The translations under genes and the position numbers were made by a program. Source: an uncultured Bacilli bacterium (GTDB taxonomy: Bacteria > Bacillota_I > Bacilli_A > RF39 > UBA660). Taken from it: a stretch of DNA of 55,444 nt. Every line of letters begins with the position of its first letter. Positions within the stretch are counted from its first letter, which is position 1. The notes under the pieces are model-generated. The model did not search any database. It saw only the letters and a program-made list of their open reading frames with translations, and was not told where the DNA came from. Below, piece by piece: positions 40,210-50,325 of the stretch. The DNA is taken from NCBI GenBank assembly GCA_910578855.1, contig CAJTRV010000003.1:1-55444 (forward strand). Reading direction: 5' to 3'.

Positions 40210-41657
40210 GATTTTCGCCCCCTTGGATTGGTATCTAACTGTAATGCCTGTTCGATGTAACTAGCAAGTTGATACATTTTTCCTTCTTCATAATAATTTC
40301 CTATAATATGCATTCCAATTGGCAATGCTTCATGATTAAAACCAATTGGTAAACTCATTCCAGGAAGACCTGCCATATTGACTGGAATTGTTAAAATATC
40401 ATCGTAAAAACTCTTTAATGCATCATCCATCTTCGTTCCTACATTGTATGCTACATTGGTGTTGGTTGGACCAATGATTAAATCATAGTCAGCTAAGATC
40501 TTTTGAAAGTGCTCTGTTAAAGCCTTACGAACCTTTAACGCTTTGGTATAATAAATATCCGCATTTTTTCCTGATAAGACATAACTACCTATCATAATGC
40601 GTCGTTTTACTTCATGACCAAATCCTTCGGCTCTTGTCTTTTTATACAATGACTCGATATCATGGTAATCCTTGGTTAGATGTCCATAACGTAGACCATC
40701 ATAACGCGCCAAATTACTACTTGCTTCTCCTAGGGCAATTACTTGATAAAGTGGAATTGCATACTCCATATAAGGAATATCAACATAATCAACAGTAACC
40801 CCTCTATCGCAAAGAAGCTTCATAACATCCTCGACTGCTTCACGGACTTCATGATGAATCGTTTCACTCATATAGTAACGTGGGACCGCAATGCGCATTC
40901 CTTTCGGATCTTTTCCCAAATACTCTGTATAATTGTCAACTGGTTGATGACCACTCGTTAAATCACTTTCATCACGACCAGCAATCGCCGCTAAAACATG
41001 AGCGTTATCAGCAACTGTTTTAGTCATTGGACCAATTTGATCAAGGCTAGAAGCAAAGGCTAATAACCCATAACGAGAAACACGACCATAGGTTGGTTTT
41101 AAGCCTACTAACCCACAAAAACTAGCGGGTTGACGAATACTTCCACCAGTATCGCTTCCTAGGGCAAACGCACATAAACGTCCACTTACAGCAGCCGCAC
41201 TACCACTACTAGATCCTCCGGTTACTTTATCCGGATTCCAAGGATTAACAGCTGCTTTAAAATAAGATGTTTCACCTGTAGACCCCATAGCAAACTCATC
41301 CATATTGGTCTTCCCAATTATAATCGCGTGCTTTTTCCGAAGTTTTTCTACCACGGTTGCATCATAAACTGGTACAAAATCTTCTAACATCTTAGATGCA
41401 CAAGTCGTTCGCATCCCATTTGTTACAATATTATCTTTAATAGCAATCGGGAGACCATATAACAAGTTATCAACTTCTTCTGTTTCTAACGCTTTCGCCT
41501 CCGCAATCGCTCCTTCTTTATCTAATGTAATAAACGCATTCAAATCATTTTCTTCGATTCTCTTTAAAGCTTCTAATACAAGATCAAGTGGTTTAATTGT
41601 CTTCGCTTTTAATAACTGATGAAGTTCTGCGATCGATAAATCTAAATAATTAGTCAT
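40203..41657 (-). CDS. gatA: Glu-tRNA(Gln) amidotransferase subunit A
   Basis: 484 aa. Amidase signature GGSSSGSAAAV...GSDTGGSIRQPA. Confidence 0.97.
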   Translation of the reverse strand: MTNYLDLSIAELHQLLKAKTIKPLDLVLEALKRIEENDLNAFITLDKEGAIAEAKALETEEVDNLLYGLPIAIKDNIVTNGMRTTCASKMLEDFVPVYDATVVEKLRKKHAIIIGKTNMDEFAMGSTGETSYFKAAVNPWNPDKVTGGSSSGSAAAVSGRLCAFALGSDTGGSIRQPASFCGLVGLKPTYGRVSRYGLLAFASSLDQIGPMTKTVADNAHVLAAIAGRDESDLTSGHQPVDNYTEYLGKDPKGMRIAVPRYYMSETIHHEVREAVEDVMKLLCDRGVTVDYVDIPYMEYAIPLYQVIALGEASSNLARYDGLRYGHLTKDYHDIESLYKKTRAEGFGHEVKRRIMIGSYVLSGKNADIYYTKALKVRKALTEHFQKILADYDLIIGPTNTNVAYNVGTKMDDALKSFYDDILTIPVNMAGLPGMSLPIGFNHEALPIGMHIIGNYYEEGKMYQLASYIEQALQLDTNPRGRKSC

Positions 41658-41949
41658 GAATCACCTTCGGCACAACAACATAATCACCATCTGATAATTT
41701 ACTGTTACGTAGTGCCTCTTCCTTTCTAACTTTCTCTGGTACCCCAGCAATATGATATTCATTCGTATTTTGACTTGGACTAATCATAATATCCCTCGTC
41801 TCATCATCTAATATCACCGCTTTTATTTTTTCAATATCATCTAAGATGAGTGGCAAATCGGTAGCAAACTTCGCAATCTCCTCTGTACTCAATTCTAGTC
41901 TGGCTAAACTAGCAACATGCATTAATTCTTCTTCTGATAATCGTTTCAT
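41650..41949 (-). CDS. gatC: Glu-tRNA(Gln) amidotransferase subunit C
   Basis: 99 aa. VASLARLELSTEE motif. Overlaps the gatA start. Confidence 0.93.
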   Translation of the reverse strand: MKRLSEEELMHVASLARLELSTEEIAKFATDLPLILDDIEKIKAVILDDETRDIMISPSQNTNEYHIAGVPEKVRKEEALRNSKLSDGDYVVVPKVIHD

Positions 41950-41957
41950 ATTTCCTC

Positions 41958-42998
41958 CTATTTCATCAAATATGCATTACTTTTTGAACTATTTTTTTCT
42001 TTGATTACCATCGAGGTAATCATATTATTCTCCTTAGTATATACTTTCACTAATATACTACTATTAAAATTGGCAAGTTCCCGGTTGACAAGTTGCGCGA
42101 GTAACATCAATTCACTTTTACTAAGATAACTAGTTGTCAACGTAATTTCCAAAGTCGTTAAGCGGTTATTGACATAAAGCCCCTTTGATGAAGTGTAAAT
42201 ATTTCGAAATTGCTCCGTAATCTTCCGCTTTAAATTACTATAAATATTATAAGCATCAACATCATGTTTCGCTGCATAGTCAGAATCAAGATATTGATAT
42301 TGATAGCTCACTTCAGCAAAAGTAACCTCGGCATTCTCTGTCTTACCAACATATTTAAAACTACCTGGCAAATTATCATCAGGACTATTTTGTAAATAAA
42401 GTCCCACGACAATCGGAACATTTTTTAATTTCTCTTTTTTTCGTAAATAGGTGAGCAATTCTTTGGACTTTTCTTTTCCATATTGAATCAAGGTATCTTG
42501 TTTCACTTCCTTATATAGATAAATCCCATATTGATTGGTATATTTTTGATAAGGATTTAACACAACTGCTAAGGAAATCCCTTTTAGTTCACCACTACTT
42601 GATAGATAATTTTGTTCATGAATATAGGAAATATACGTTGGTTGGATGGTAATATTATCAACTTTTAATGATTCAATCTGATTTAATTTCTCATGACTAA
42701 GGAGATCTTTTAATTCAGTCTCAGTCAAATATTGTCCTTCTTGATAAAACGTATTTTTCACCGTAAAATACTCCCTCGAGATATTCATAAGCGTATTTTC
42801 TACTTCCGTAAGATCGTAATTATTGACCGCATTGTTTACCACATAATTATTCCCCTTACCTTTTTGATAAGGTTCATACACTTGGTAATATGCATCATCA
42901 AACTCTAAATTTGTCGTCTGCTTGTTTTTCTGCTTCTTTCCCATTCCACAGCCAGTTAGTAACAAAAGACAAACGAAAATAATCCCTATTTTTTTCAT
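41958..42998 (-). CDS. CamS/YerH-family lipoprotein
   Basis: 346 aa from MKKIGIIF (ATG 42998 after GGTGA). Lipobox LLLTG/CG. Lies immediately upstream of gatC, as camS/yerH does in other Firmicutes. Confidence 0.6.
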   Translation of the reverse strand: MKKIGIIFVCLLLLTGCGMGKKQKNKQTTNLEFDDAYYQVYEPYQKGKGNNYVVNNAVNNYDLTEVENTLMNISREYFTVKNTFYQEGQYLTETELKDLLSHEKLNQIESLKVDNITIQPTYISYIHEQNYLSSSGELKGISLAVVLNPYQKYTNQYGIYLYKEVKQDTLIQYGKEKSKELLTYLRKKEKLKNVPIVVGLYLQNSPDDNLPGSFKYVGKTENAEVTFAEVSYQYQYLDSDYAAKHDVDAYNIYSNLKRKITEQFRNIYTSSKGLYVNNRLTTLEITLTTSYLSKSELMLLAQLVNRELANFNSSILVKVYTKENNMITSMVIKEKNSSKSNAYLMK

Positions 42999-43097
42999 AT
43001 GTATCACCTAAACATTACAATTATAGCACGACCAAGCAGATATGCAAAGATTCTCACATAAGAAACAAGAAAAAAACAATATATAATAGAATATTGT

Positions 43098-43628
43098 TTA
43101 GGTAAAAAAACGAGCAATAAAAGGGACACTGGCAGCAAATAAAATCAAAAAGAGAAATAACCCAATAATCAGTATCTTGCCACGATTATTATTCTTCGAA
43201 ACAACTTGCGCTTTTTGACTCTCTTCAATATCTTGTTTTAATATCTCCGAATTTAAAATAATCGTATTTTCCAGATTAGCCAATTCTGGCTTATCATCAT
43301 AGCGAACTTCTTTTAATTCTTCCCTCATCGTCTTCTTGGCCAATCGTTTCTTTGCATTCTCTTTCATATCTACTAACTTCGTCTCTGGCACAACCGGTAC
43401 CTTCGGAGCAAGTGAGTCAATTGAATATTCAAGTGTCTGAATCGTTTCCTCTACTTCACTAACACCTTGTCGTTCCTCTAAAGCTCCAACTGTATCTGTT
43501 AAGACAGGAGTGGCCTCTCGCATCGTCACTTGGCGCATCAATTTTTGGTGTTCAAACTCGACAACAAGATCATCAAGTGGTACAATCTGACGATTTTTCA
43601 TACTAGTCTGTTCTAACGTTTCCGTCAT
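43098..43628 (-). CDS. Tail-anchored hypothetical membrane protein
   Basis: 176 aa. Charged, coiled-coil-like N-terminal 150 aa, then a single C-terminal TM (ILIIGLFLFLILFAASVPFI). Confidence 0.6.
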   Translation of the reverse strand: MTETLEQTSMKNRQIVPLDDLVVEFEHQKLMRQVTMREATPVLTDTVGALEERQGVSEVEETIQTLEYSIDSLAPKVPVVPETKLVDMKENAKKRLAKKTMREELKEVRYDDKPELANLENTIILNSEILKQDIEESQKAQVVSKNNNRGKILIIGLFLFLILFAASVPFIARFFT

Positions 43629-43695
43629 ACTATCCCTCTTCTATTTCATTATTACCACCATTATAACATGCCACGTCTAAATTGCAAAGAGGCAA

Positions 43696-44859
43696 TTATT
43701 TTTTTATTGCTTTATTTGCACGTTGCTCTTGCACCAGCGGATCATCTACTAAAATTAATGTTTTCCCAGCTTCTGTTACTTTAATTTCATAGGTTCCAGG
43801 ATATTCCTTTAACACAACAGAATTGTAATAAAATTTAATTAATGAGGATGATGGTAAAGAAGAAATTAAATTACGATAATACGCTTGCAAGACCTGGTTT
43901 AACATACTTGATTCACCATATTTCTTCATATAAATCAGATCCACCCATTCGAATAACTGGTTTACCATTGTATCTGTAAGTCCCCGAGTTAAAATTTGTT
44001 CATCACAAGTATGGAGACAATCCCAAAATTTTTGAGTATCAGATTCACCAATTATTTCAATTAATGCCTTCCTTAACAGATCGATATTAGAAGTTGAATA
44101 TGCTTCTAGTACAAGCTCTGGTGATAATAATTCGCATAGTATTTTACAAAGCATGTAATTCTCGGTATACACGTTTATATTGTCTTGTTCAAAATAACGA
44201 AGAATACAATCATCTAAGTCATAATATTCAATGAAATTAGCATATTCGATCGTCAATAGTTGGGTCATACCCTCAGTAAAAAAACGAAATCCTCTATCTT
44301 CATGAACGGTTAAAGCATGTAGAAATTCATGAAAACTAATATCACTATCATAGGATGAATCTAAATATTGAATACAATTAGGCATTTCTAAATACTGAGC
44401 TGCAACATTTGGAAGCTTTGACTTTGTTATTTTTTGCATAATATAATTATCTGTTGTAGTCAATGTCTTTAAACGGGCATAAGCCAAATCCCAATTAAAA
44501 TAGGGATTATCTAAAATATATTGATCAAGAAAAAGAAAAATGGAAGACAACCTATCATCTAGAGCTAAGTCCGGATTTTCATAAAATACTTGCTTCAAAT
44601 AGGCAAGTTCAAGATTATCATCACTACTAACAATATGTTTAGGATCAATGCCATTTATATCAATTTTGTCGGGATTAATTACTGCTCCATCATAAGGACT
44701 ATTCTTCATTAATATCATCTCAATTGGTTTTTGAAAAAAATTACTATTATAAAAAATAGCATTTGAAATTGTCATACTAACCATACTACTGCATAAAAAA
44801 GTATTCCACATCCGATTGAATGTCGTTTTTTTTAATTGATCTTCTTTTCTTATTTTCAT
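43696..44859 (-). CDS. Putative membrane-anchored zinc metallopeptidase (HEXXH)
   Basis: 387 aa from ATG 44859 after GGAGGT. N-terminal hydrophobic segment. HEFLHALTVH...FTEGMT gives an HEXXH motif with a downstream Glu. I do not recognise the family. Confidence 0.55.
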   Translation of the reverse strand: MKIRKEDQLKKTTFNRMWNTFLCSSMVSMTISNAIFYNSNFFQKPIEMILMKNSPYDGAVINPDKIDINGIDPKHIVSSDDNLELAYLKQVFYENPDLALDDRLSSIFLFLDQYILDNPYFNWDLAYARLKTLTTTDNYIMQKITKSKLPNVAAQYLEMPNCIQYLDSSYDSDISFHEFLHALTVHEDRGFRFFTEGMTQLLTIEYANFIEYYDLDDCILRYFEQDNINVYTENYMLCKILCELLSPELVLEAYSTSNIDLLRKALIEIIGESDTQKFWDCLHTCDEQILTRGLTDTMVNQLFEWVDLIYMKKYGESSMLNQVLQAYYRNLISSLPSSSLIKFYYNSVVLKEYPGTYEIKVTEAGKTLILVDDPLVQEQRANKAIKK

Positions 44860-45048
44860 GATAACCTCCATTTTATATAGAAAACTAAATATATATAAAT
44901 AATTACTTACCAAAGATTATAACTCATAAAATAATATTTGGATACATCCTTATATTCATTTTGCAACACTTTATATCATTGAACAGTTATAAATAATTGC
45001 TATCTAACAAGATTATACATAAATTGACTAGTTTATTCAATGATGTTT

Positions 45049-45078
45049 AAAAAACAAAAAAAGTAGATCTCTCTACTT
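45049..45078 (-). terminator. Rho-independent terminator after mraY
   Basis: Stem aagtaga (45061-45067) / tctactt (45072-45078), loop tctc. On the minus strand it is followed by UUUUUUUGUUUU. The stem abuts the stop codon. Confidence 0.65.
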
Positions 45079-46070
45079 TAAATCCATACTCCAAAGGCAA
45101 TGGCTGCCATACTGAGAATCATTCCGACCGTCCAAAAGAGTTTTACAACATCACGTTCATCCCAGCCTAATTTTTCAAAGTGGTGGTGTAAAGGCGCCAT
45201 AATAAAGGCCTTTTTTCCAAGAAACCGAACCGATAACATCTGAATAATACATGATAATGTCTCGATCACAAACACCCCAGCCACAATTACAAGCGTAATT
45301 TCGTGATTGGTAATTACAGCAACACTAGCAAGTGTTCCACCGAGGGCAAGTGAACCTGTATCCCCCATAAACACTTTTGCCGGATGGGTATTATATAATA
45401 AGAATCCTAGTAGTGAACCAACAAGAATAAAACAAAAGATGGCAATATCAGCACTTCCTGTTACAAATTTGGAATTCCAGCTAATTAACCCAAAAGCAAG
45501 AAAAGCAATAAGCGATAAGCCTCCTGCAAGACCATCTAAGCCATCGGTTAAATTAACTGCATTACTACTCGCAACTAAAATAAATAACAAGAAAATTCCA
45601 TAAAACCAACCCATATCAATTTTAATTCCCAAAGTATGAACATCGAAAATAGGTTCTGATCCACTCTTCATAAAAATAAAGAAGAAAACAAGGGCGATAA
45701 ATAGTTGCCCAAATAGTTTTTGAATCTCGGTTAATCCTTCATTGTGTGCCCGCTTGATACTAAGATAGTCATCCAAAAATCCTAGCACCCCATACAACAC
45801 AAAGACAAGAATTACGATAAATAAGTTTTCTGAAAACTCCATTTTTCCCATAAATAGTAAAATAAGAACTGTTAAAATAGTCGGAATAATAAAGATTAAA
45901 CCACCCATTGTTGGCGTTCCATCTTTTTCCTTGTGGTTCTTACTTAAGAAAATACTAACTCGTTGTTTGATCTTCATTCGTTTTAATAATGGGATTAAAA
46001 TCAGTCCTGTTGCGACCGACAGCATAAACCCAATCATCATCGCTAATATAGCTTTCGCTAAAATTAACAT
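45078..46070 (-). CDS. mraY: Phospho-N-acetylmuramoyl-pentapeptide transferase
   Basis: 330 aa, polytopic. GFLDDYLSIKR, NLTDGLDGLAGG, MGDTGSLALGG and APLHHHFE motifs. Confidence 0.97.
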   Translation of the reverse strand: MLILAKAILAMMIGFMLSVATGLILIPLLKRMKIKQRVSIFLSKNHKEKDGTPTMGGLIFIIPTILTVLILLFMGKMEFSENLFIVILVFVLYGVLGFLDDYLSIKRAHNEGLTEIQKLFGQLFIALVFFFIFMKSGSEPIFDVHTLGIKIDMGWFYGIFLLFILVASSNAVNLTDGLDGLAGGLSLIAFLAFGLISWNSKFVTGSADIAIFCFILVGSLLGFLLYNTHPAKVFMGDTGSLALGGTLASVAVITNHEITLVIVAGVFVIETLSCIIQMLSVRFLGKKAFIMAPLHHHFEKLGWDERDVVKLFWTVGMILSMAAIAFGVWI

Positions 46071-46083
46071 ACTATCACCTCTA

Positions 46084-47424
46084 TTATTTTATTAAATCTT
46101 GAATTATTTCGGCATCGCTAAAATGAATTTTATTTCCTTTAATTAGCTGATATGCTTCATGCCCTTTTCCAAGTACTAACAGTATATCATTTTTTTCACA
46201 CATTTGTATACCCCGAGAGATCGCAATTGCGCGATTTTCTTCGATTTCATAATTGGAATTGTCAAGTGTAGACACCATATCGTGAATAATCTCTTTCGGT
46301 TCTTCATTCCGCGGGTTATCACTGGTAAAAATCACATTTGTCGATAAATCAGTGGCTATTTTAGCCATAATTGGTCGTTTCGTTTTATCACGATTTCCAC
46401 CACATCCTAAGACTGTATATAGATGATGATGTGTTATCTCTTGAAAAGCTGAAATAATATTACTGACCGCATCTGGTGTATGTGCATAATCGACAACAAT
46501 GATGTTTTCTTGATAAGGAATCATTTCCATGCGACCAGTTGGAGCCTGTAATGATTCAATAATAGTGACAATTTTTGCTTCTGGAACTTGTAATTTTTTT
46601 AATAAAACAATCACCACAAGGACATTATATAAATTATGTTTTCCAATTAAAGTCGTATGATAAGTTGTTCCATCTATCGTAAACTGACTACCATGAATAT
46701 CAATCTTGTAGTCACAAAGACGATAATCTCCATCTGTTAACCCATATGTAATAGTATTATTATGTACTAAAAAGAACGATTTATAATCATCATCTGCATT
46801 GACAAGAGCTAGACCATTATATTTTAAATGATAAAATAATTTTTGCTTGGCTAATGCATAACTTTTCATATCTAGATGATAATCCAAATGATCTTTGGTC
46901 AGATTACTAAAGATTGCTACATCAAATTCTAAGTCACCAATCCGATTCATATCTAACGCATGGCTACTTACTTCCATAATGACATACTGACAGTCCTCCT
47001 TCTGACAAGTAAGTAACATTTCATATAATTCTAAAATATCCGGTGTTGTATTTTGTAATTCTTCCACTAAATCATCGATATAAAATCCAATCGTTCCAAT
47101 ATAGGCACATTTTATTCCGAGACTTCGAAGTGCTTGATAGATCAAAAAACAGGTTGTCGTTTTTCCATTGGTTCCTGTCATTCCAATTAATTTTAATGAT
47201 TTTAACTGTTCTTGATAAGTTTCCTTCAAATACTTTGTTAAATATTCCCTAGTATCTTTGACAATCAAGGTATCAACTTCATAAGTACCATGTTCAGCCA
47301 CGATCCTTTTGGCACCACGTGCAATCGCATCAGCAATATAATCATGGCCATCAGATAAAAACCCCCGCATAGCCACAAACGTATCGCCATAAGTCACCTT
47401 TCTAGAATCATACTTTATATCCAT
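46084..47424 (-). CDS. murE: UDP-MurNAc-L-Ala-D-Glu:diamino acid ligase MurE, DNPR (meso-DAP-type) paralogue
   Basis: 446 aa from MDIKYDSRKV (ATG 47424 after AGAGGTG). P-loop GMTGTNGKTTT. DNPR at 46309-46320. Adjacent to mraY. Confidence 0.9.
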   Translation of the reverse strand: MDIKYDSRKVTYGDTFVAMRGFLSDGHDYIADAIARGAKRIVAEHGTYEVDTLIVKDTREYLTKYLKETYQEQLKSLKLIGMTGTNGKTTTCFLIYQALRSLGIKCAYIGTIGFYIDDLVEELQNTTPDILELYEMLLTCQKEDCQYVIMEVSSHALDMNRIGDLEFDVAIFSNLTKDHLDYHLDMKSYALAKQKLFYHLKYNGLALVNADDDYKSFFLVHNNTITYGLTDGDYRLCDYKIDIHGSQFTIDGTTYHTTLIGKHNLYNVLVVIVLLKKLQVPEAKIVTIIESLQAPTGRMEMIPYQENIIVVDYAHTPDAVSNIISAFQEITHHHLYTVLGCGGNRDKTKRPIMAKIATDLSTNVIFTSDNPRNEEPKEIIHDMVSTLDNSNYEIEENRAIAISRGIQMCEKNDILLVLGKGHEAYQLIKGNKIHFSDAEIIQDLIK

Positions 47425-47513
47425 AAAAACACCTCTACAGTAATTTATGACAAAAATACATTTCGGTGATTGCACCACTTCATAATATCTGTTATGATAA
47501 ATAAGGTGAAGTT

Positions 47514-48455
47514 ATGAAACGAAAACGTGCATTACGGCGAAAGAAAATCCGTATTATTATTCTAATGATTGTCCTAATCGTAATTGGTATCTATGGGTAT
47601 CACTATACCAATCAAGATTCTTACCAGTTAGCAAAAATCGGCTACCAAACAAAAGAAATCAATGATCTTCTCAAACTAGATCATGATAAAATTGCGGTTG
47701 CTTTAAAACACGATTATCACACCCATATTCCTGCCTTATTAAAAGAACAATACGTCATTCCAGCGTATCTAGATCGTTATCTTAACTATCAAAAGAAACA
47801 TCCAGAACTCTCCATGGCAATGGTCGTAACTATGGTCAACGTAAATCGGGATCGAGATTATTATCAACAACCAAAGAAAACTGATACCAAGAAGCAAACA
47901 ATAATGTTGGTAAATAAATACTATGCCCTCACTAATGATTATACACCTCAAAATTTGGTAACTATTAGTAATCAATATTCCTATGGAGAAAATGCTGTCA
48001 TCAAAGAAGTATATGATCACTATATGGATATGTATCAAGCCGCCAAACAACAGGGCCTAAACTTGATCGTCACTTCTTCTTATCGTGACTATGAATACCA
48101 AGATGAACTTTGGAAACATTACAAAGCCCAACAAGGACAAGCCTGGGCTGACAGTATCTCTGCTAGACCTGGACACTCCGAACATCAAACAGGCCTTACA
48201 CTTGATATCGCAACTTATGGAAGTGTATTTAATGATTTTACCGATACAGAGGAATTCAAATGGATGCAGGAACATGCCCACCAATATGGCTTTATTCTCC
48301 GTTATCCTGAAGGCAAAGAAGAAATTACGGGATATGACTATGAGTCATGGCACTACCGTTATGTCGGCGTTGATGTTGCCACTAAAATAAAAGAATTAAA
48401 GATTACCTTTGATGAATACTATGCTTACTATATTGAACATAATAAAAATTCATAA
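47514..48455 (+). CDS. VanY/M15B-family D-alanyl-D-alanine carboxypeptidase, membrane anchored
   Basis: 313 aa. N-terminal TM (IRIIILMIVLIVIGIYGY). SEHQTGLTLD and ESWHYRYVG zinc-site motifs. Confidence 0.85.
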   Translation: MKRKRALRRKKIRIIILMIVLIVIGIYGYHYTNQDSYQLAKIGYQTKEINDLLKLDHDKIAVALKHDYHTHIPALLKEQYVIPAYLDRYLNYQKKHPELSMAMVVTMVNVNRDRDYYQQPKKTDTKKQTIMLVNKYYALTNDYTPQNLVTISNQYSYGENAVIKEVYDHYMDMYQAAKQQGLNLIVTSSYRDYEYQDELWKHYKAQQGQAWADSISARPGHSEHQTGLTLDIATYGSVFNDFTDTEEFKWMQEHAHQYGFILRYPEGKEEITGYDYESWHYRYVGVDVATKIKELKITFDEYYAYYIEHNKNS

Positions 48456-49847
48456 TCAATCGTTATGAATTTTTATTTGCTCTAAATACTTTAAAATTTC
48501 TTGTTTATCATTAAAGGGAATTCGTTGATCCCGAAATAGAATTACTTCTTCATGACCTTTTCCTAAAACCAATAAAATATCTTCATCTTTTAACAAATCG
48601 ATTCCCCGATGAATGGCTTTGGCGCGATCTAAAATCACCTCATAATTGGTCTGTTCTAACCCTTCAATCATATCGTCGACTACTTGTTTGGGATCTTCAT
48701 AATGAGGATCATCAATCGTAATAATCATATGATCAGTTAAATCAGATACAATTTTTGTCATAATCGGTCGTTTCAAACGATCCCGATCTCCAGTACAACC
48801 AAAGACAACGTAGATATGTTTAGGATTTACTTGATGCATCGTATCTAAAATCTTCTTGATCGCATCAGCGGTATGTGCATAATCGACAATAATACTATTA
48901 CTTCCATAGGCAACCGTATCCATTCTACCATCTGGCATCTTTAATTTACGAACCATTTTTTTAATATCAGTAATCGTATAACCCAGTTCTAACAAAATTG
49001 TAATGATCGACAGTAAATTATAAATGTTATATTCACCAATCAAACTAGTCTCAATCTTTTCCACCATACCATTTGAACGCAAGGTAAACTTTGATCCGGT
49101 ACTGGTCATTTGAATATCAGAAGCCTGATAATCACCACCAGTAAGTCCATACGTAATATTTTTATTATTCTCTAATAGGTAATAATCTCTATACTGATCA
49201 TCATAATTAACAACAGCTACCCCACCTGGTTTTAATTTATAAAATAATTTTTGTTTAGCAAGTGCATAATTTCCCATTGTCTTATGAAAATCCAAATGAT
49301 CTTGAGTTAGATTCGTAAACATAGCTATATCAAAAGTAAAGCCTTCGACCCGTCGATTGCGATCGTCTAATCCTTGACTACTTACTTCCATGATGACATA
49401 CTCACATCCTACTTCATAAGCATGTAACATAAATTCATATAATTCTAGGACATCTGGAGTCGTATTGGGTAAAGACTGAATTTTCTTTCCGATATAAAAT
49501 CCTAATGTGCCAATATAAGCCGTTTTTACACCCGTTTGATTCAATAGATTATGAAGTAAATTTGCACATGTCGTTTTCCCATTCGTTCCCGTAATACCAA
49601 TGATTTTCATCTTTGATAAATATTGATTATAATGCTGTTTCAAGTAATCAATTAAATATTGTTTTGAATCTTCAACGACAACAGTATCAACAGTATAATC
49701 ATTGTCTCGTTCACAGACAACTGTCCCAGCTCCATTTTCTATGGCCTTTTGAATAAAATCATGCCCATCAACTGTATATCCCTTAAGAGCTACAAAAATA
49801 TCGCCATCTTCTACCTTTCGCGAATCTGTTTTTATCTTTAATTTCAC
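48456..49847 (-). CDS. MurE paralogue with DDPH in place of DNPR
   Basis: 463 aa, roughly half identical to the 46084 paralogue by eye. P-loop GITGTNGKTT. DDPH at 48702-48713. Its stop directly abuts the convergent vanY-like stop. Confidence 0.88.
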   Translation of the reverse strand: MKLKIKTDSRKVEDGDIFVALKGYTVDGHDFIQKAIENGAGTVVCERDNDYTVDTVVVEDSKQYLIDYLKQHYNQYLSKMKIIGITGTNGKTTCANLLHNLLNQTGVKTAYIGTLGFYIGKKIQSLPNTTPDVLELYEFMLHAYEVGCEYVIMEVSSQGLDDRNRRVEGFTFDIAMFTNLTQDHLDFHKTMGNYALAKQKLFYKLKPGGVAVVNYDDQYRDYYLLENNKNITYGLTGGDYQASDIQMTSTGSKFTLRSNGMVEKIETSLIGEYNIYNLLSIITILLELGYTITDIKKMVRKLKMPDGRMDTVAYGSNSIIVDYAHTADAIKKILDTMHQVNPKHIYVVFGCTGDRDRLKRPIMTKIVSDLTDHMIITIDDPHYEDPKQVVDDMIEGLEQTNYEVILDRAKAIHRGIDLLKDEDILLVLGKGHEEVILFRDQRIPFNDKQEILKYLEQIKIHND

Positions 49848-49923
49848 AATATCTCATCCTTTATTACATTATGTTCCTTTTGGAAGTTCGTATCCATTAT
49901 AACACATTTTTATTAAATTTTAT

Positions 49924-49950
49924 AAAAACAGAACAAAAAGATTGTTCCGT
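49924..49950 (-). terminator. Rho-independent terminator after the spoVA genes
   Basis: 9-bp stem acagaacaa (49928-49936) / ttgttccgt (49942-49950) with one G-U pair on the minus strand. Followed by UUUUAUAAAAUUU on minus and by a T-run on plus. Confidence 0.6.
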
Positions 49951-49974
49951 TTTTGTAAATAATCCCCCTACTAA

Positions 49975-50325
49975 CTAATCTTTTGGTTGAAATAAGAGCG
50001 ATAGAAAGAATGAAAAGACAATGGCTGAAATAATTCCTGCTGAAGTTAAGTCAAACATTCCCATTAACAATCCCATAACCCCGAAATCTGCTGCTTTTTG
50101 TAACGCGCCATGTATCAGAGAATGTCCAAAACTTGTAATCGGTACTAAGGCTCCACCACCAGCCCATAAAATAATCTTATCATAGATACCAAAGGCATCT
50201 AGGGCTGCTCCTAGGCAAACAAAAATCGTTGTCACATGTCCTGGAGTTAATTTCGTATTATCTAAGATAATCTGTCCTAATAGACAGACAAAACCACAAA
50301 ATAGAAACGCATTTACATAGATCAT
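49975..50325 (-). CDS. spoVAE: Stage V sporulation protein AE (SpoVAEB-type)
   Basis: 116 aa, 3-4 TM. Overlaps the spoVAD stop (ATGA). Matches SpoVAEB in size and order. Confidence 0.85.
   Translation of the reverse strand: MIYVNAFLFCGFVCLLGQIILDNTKLTPGHVTTIFVCLGAALDAFGIYDKIILWAGGGALVPITSFGHSLIHGALQKAADFGVMGLLMGMFDLTSAGIISAIVFSFFLSLLFQPKD

Noticed and set aside
46084-49847. The murE duplication as an assembly artefact or a recent segmental duplication.
   Set aside because: The two copies are strongly diverged at protein and DNA level, have different specificity motifs, and are separated by a distinct gene on the opposite strand.
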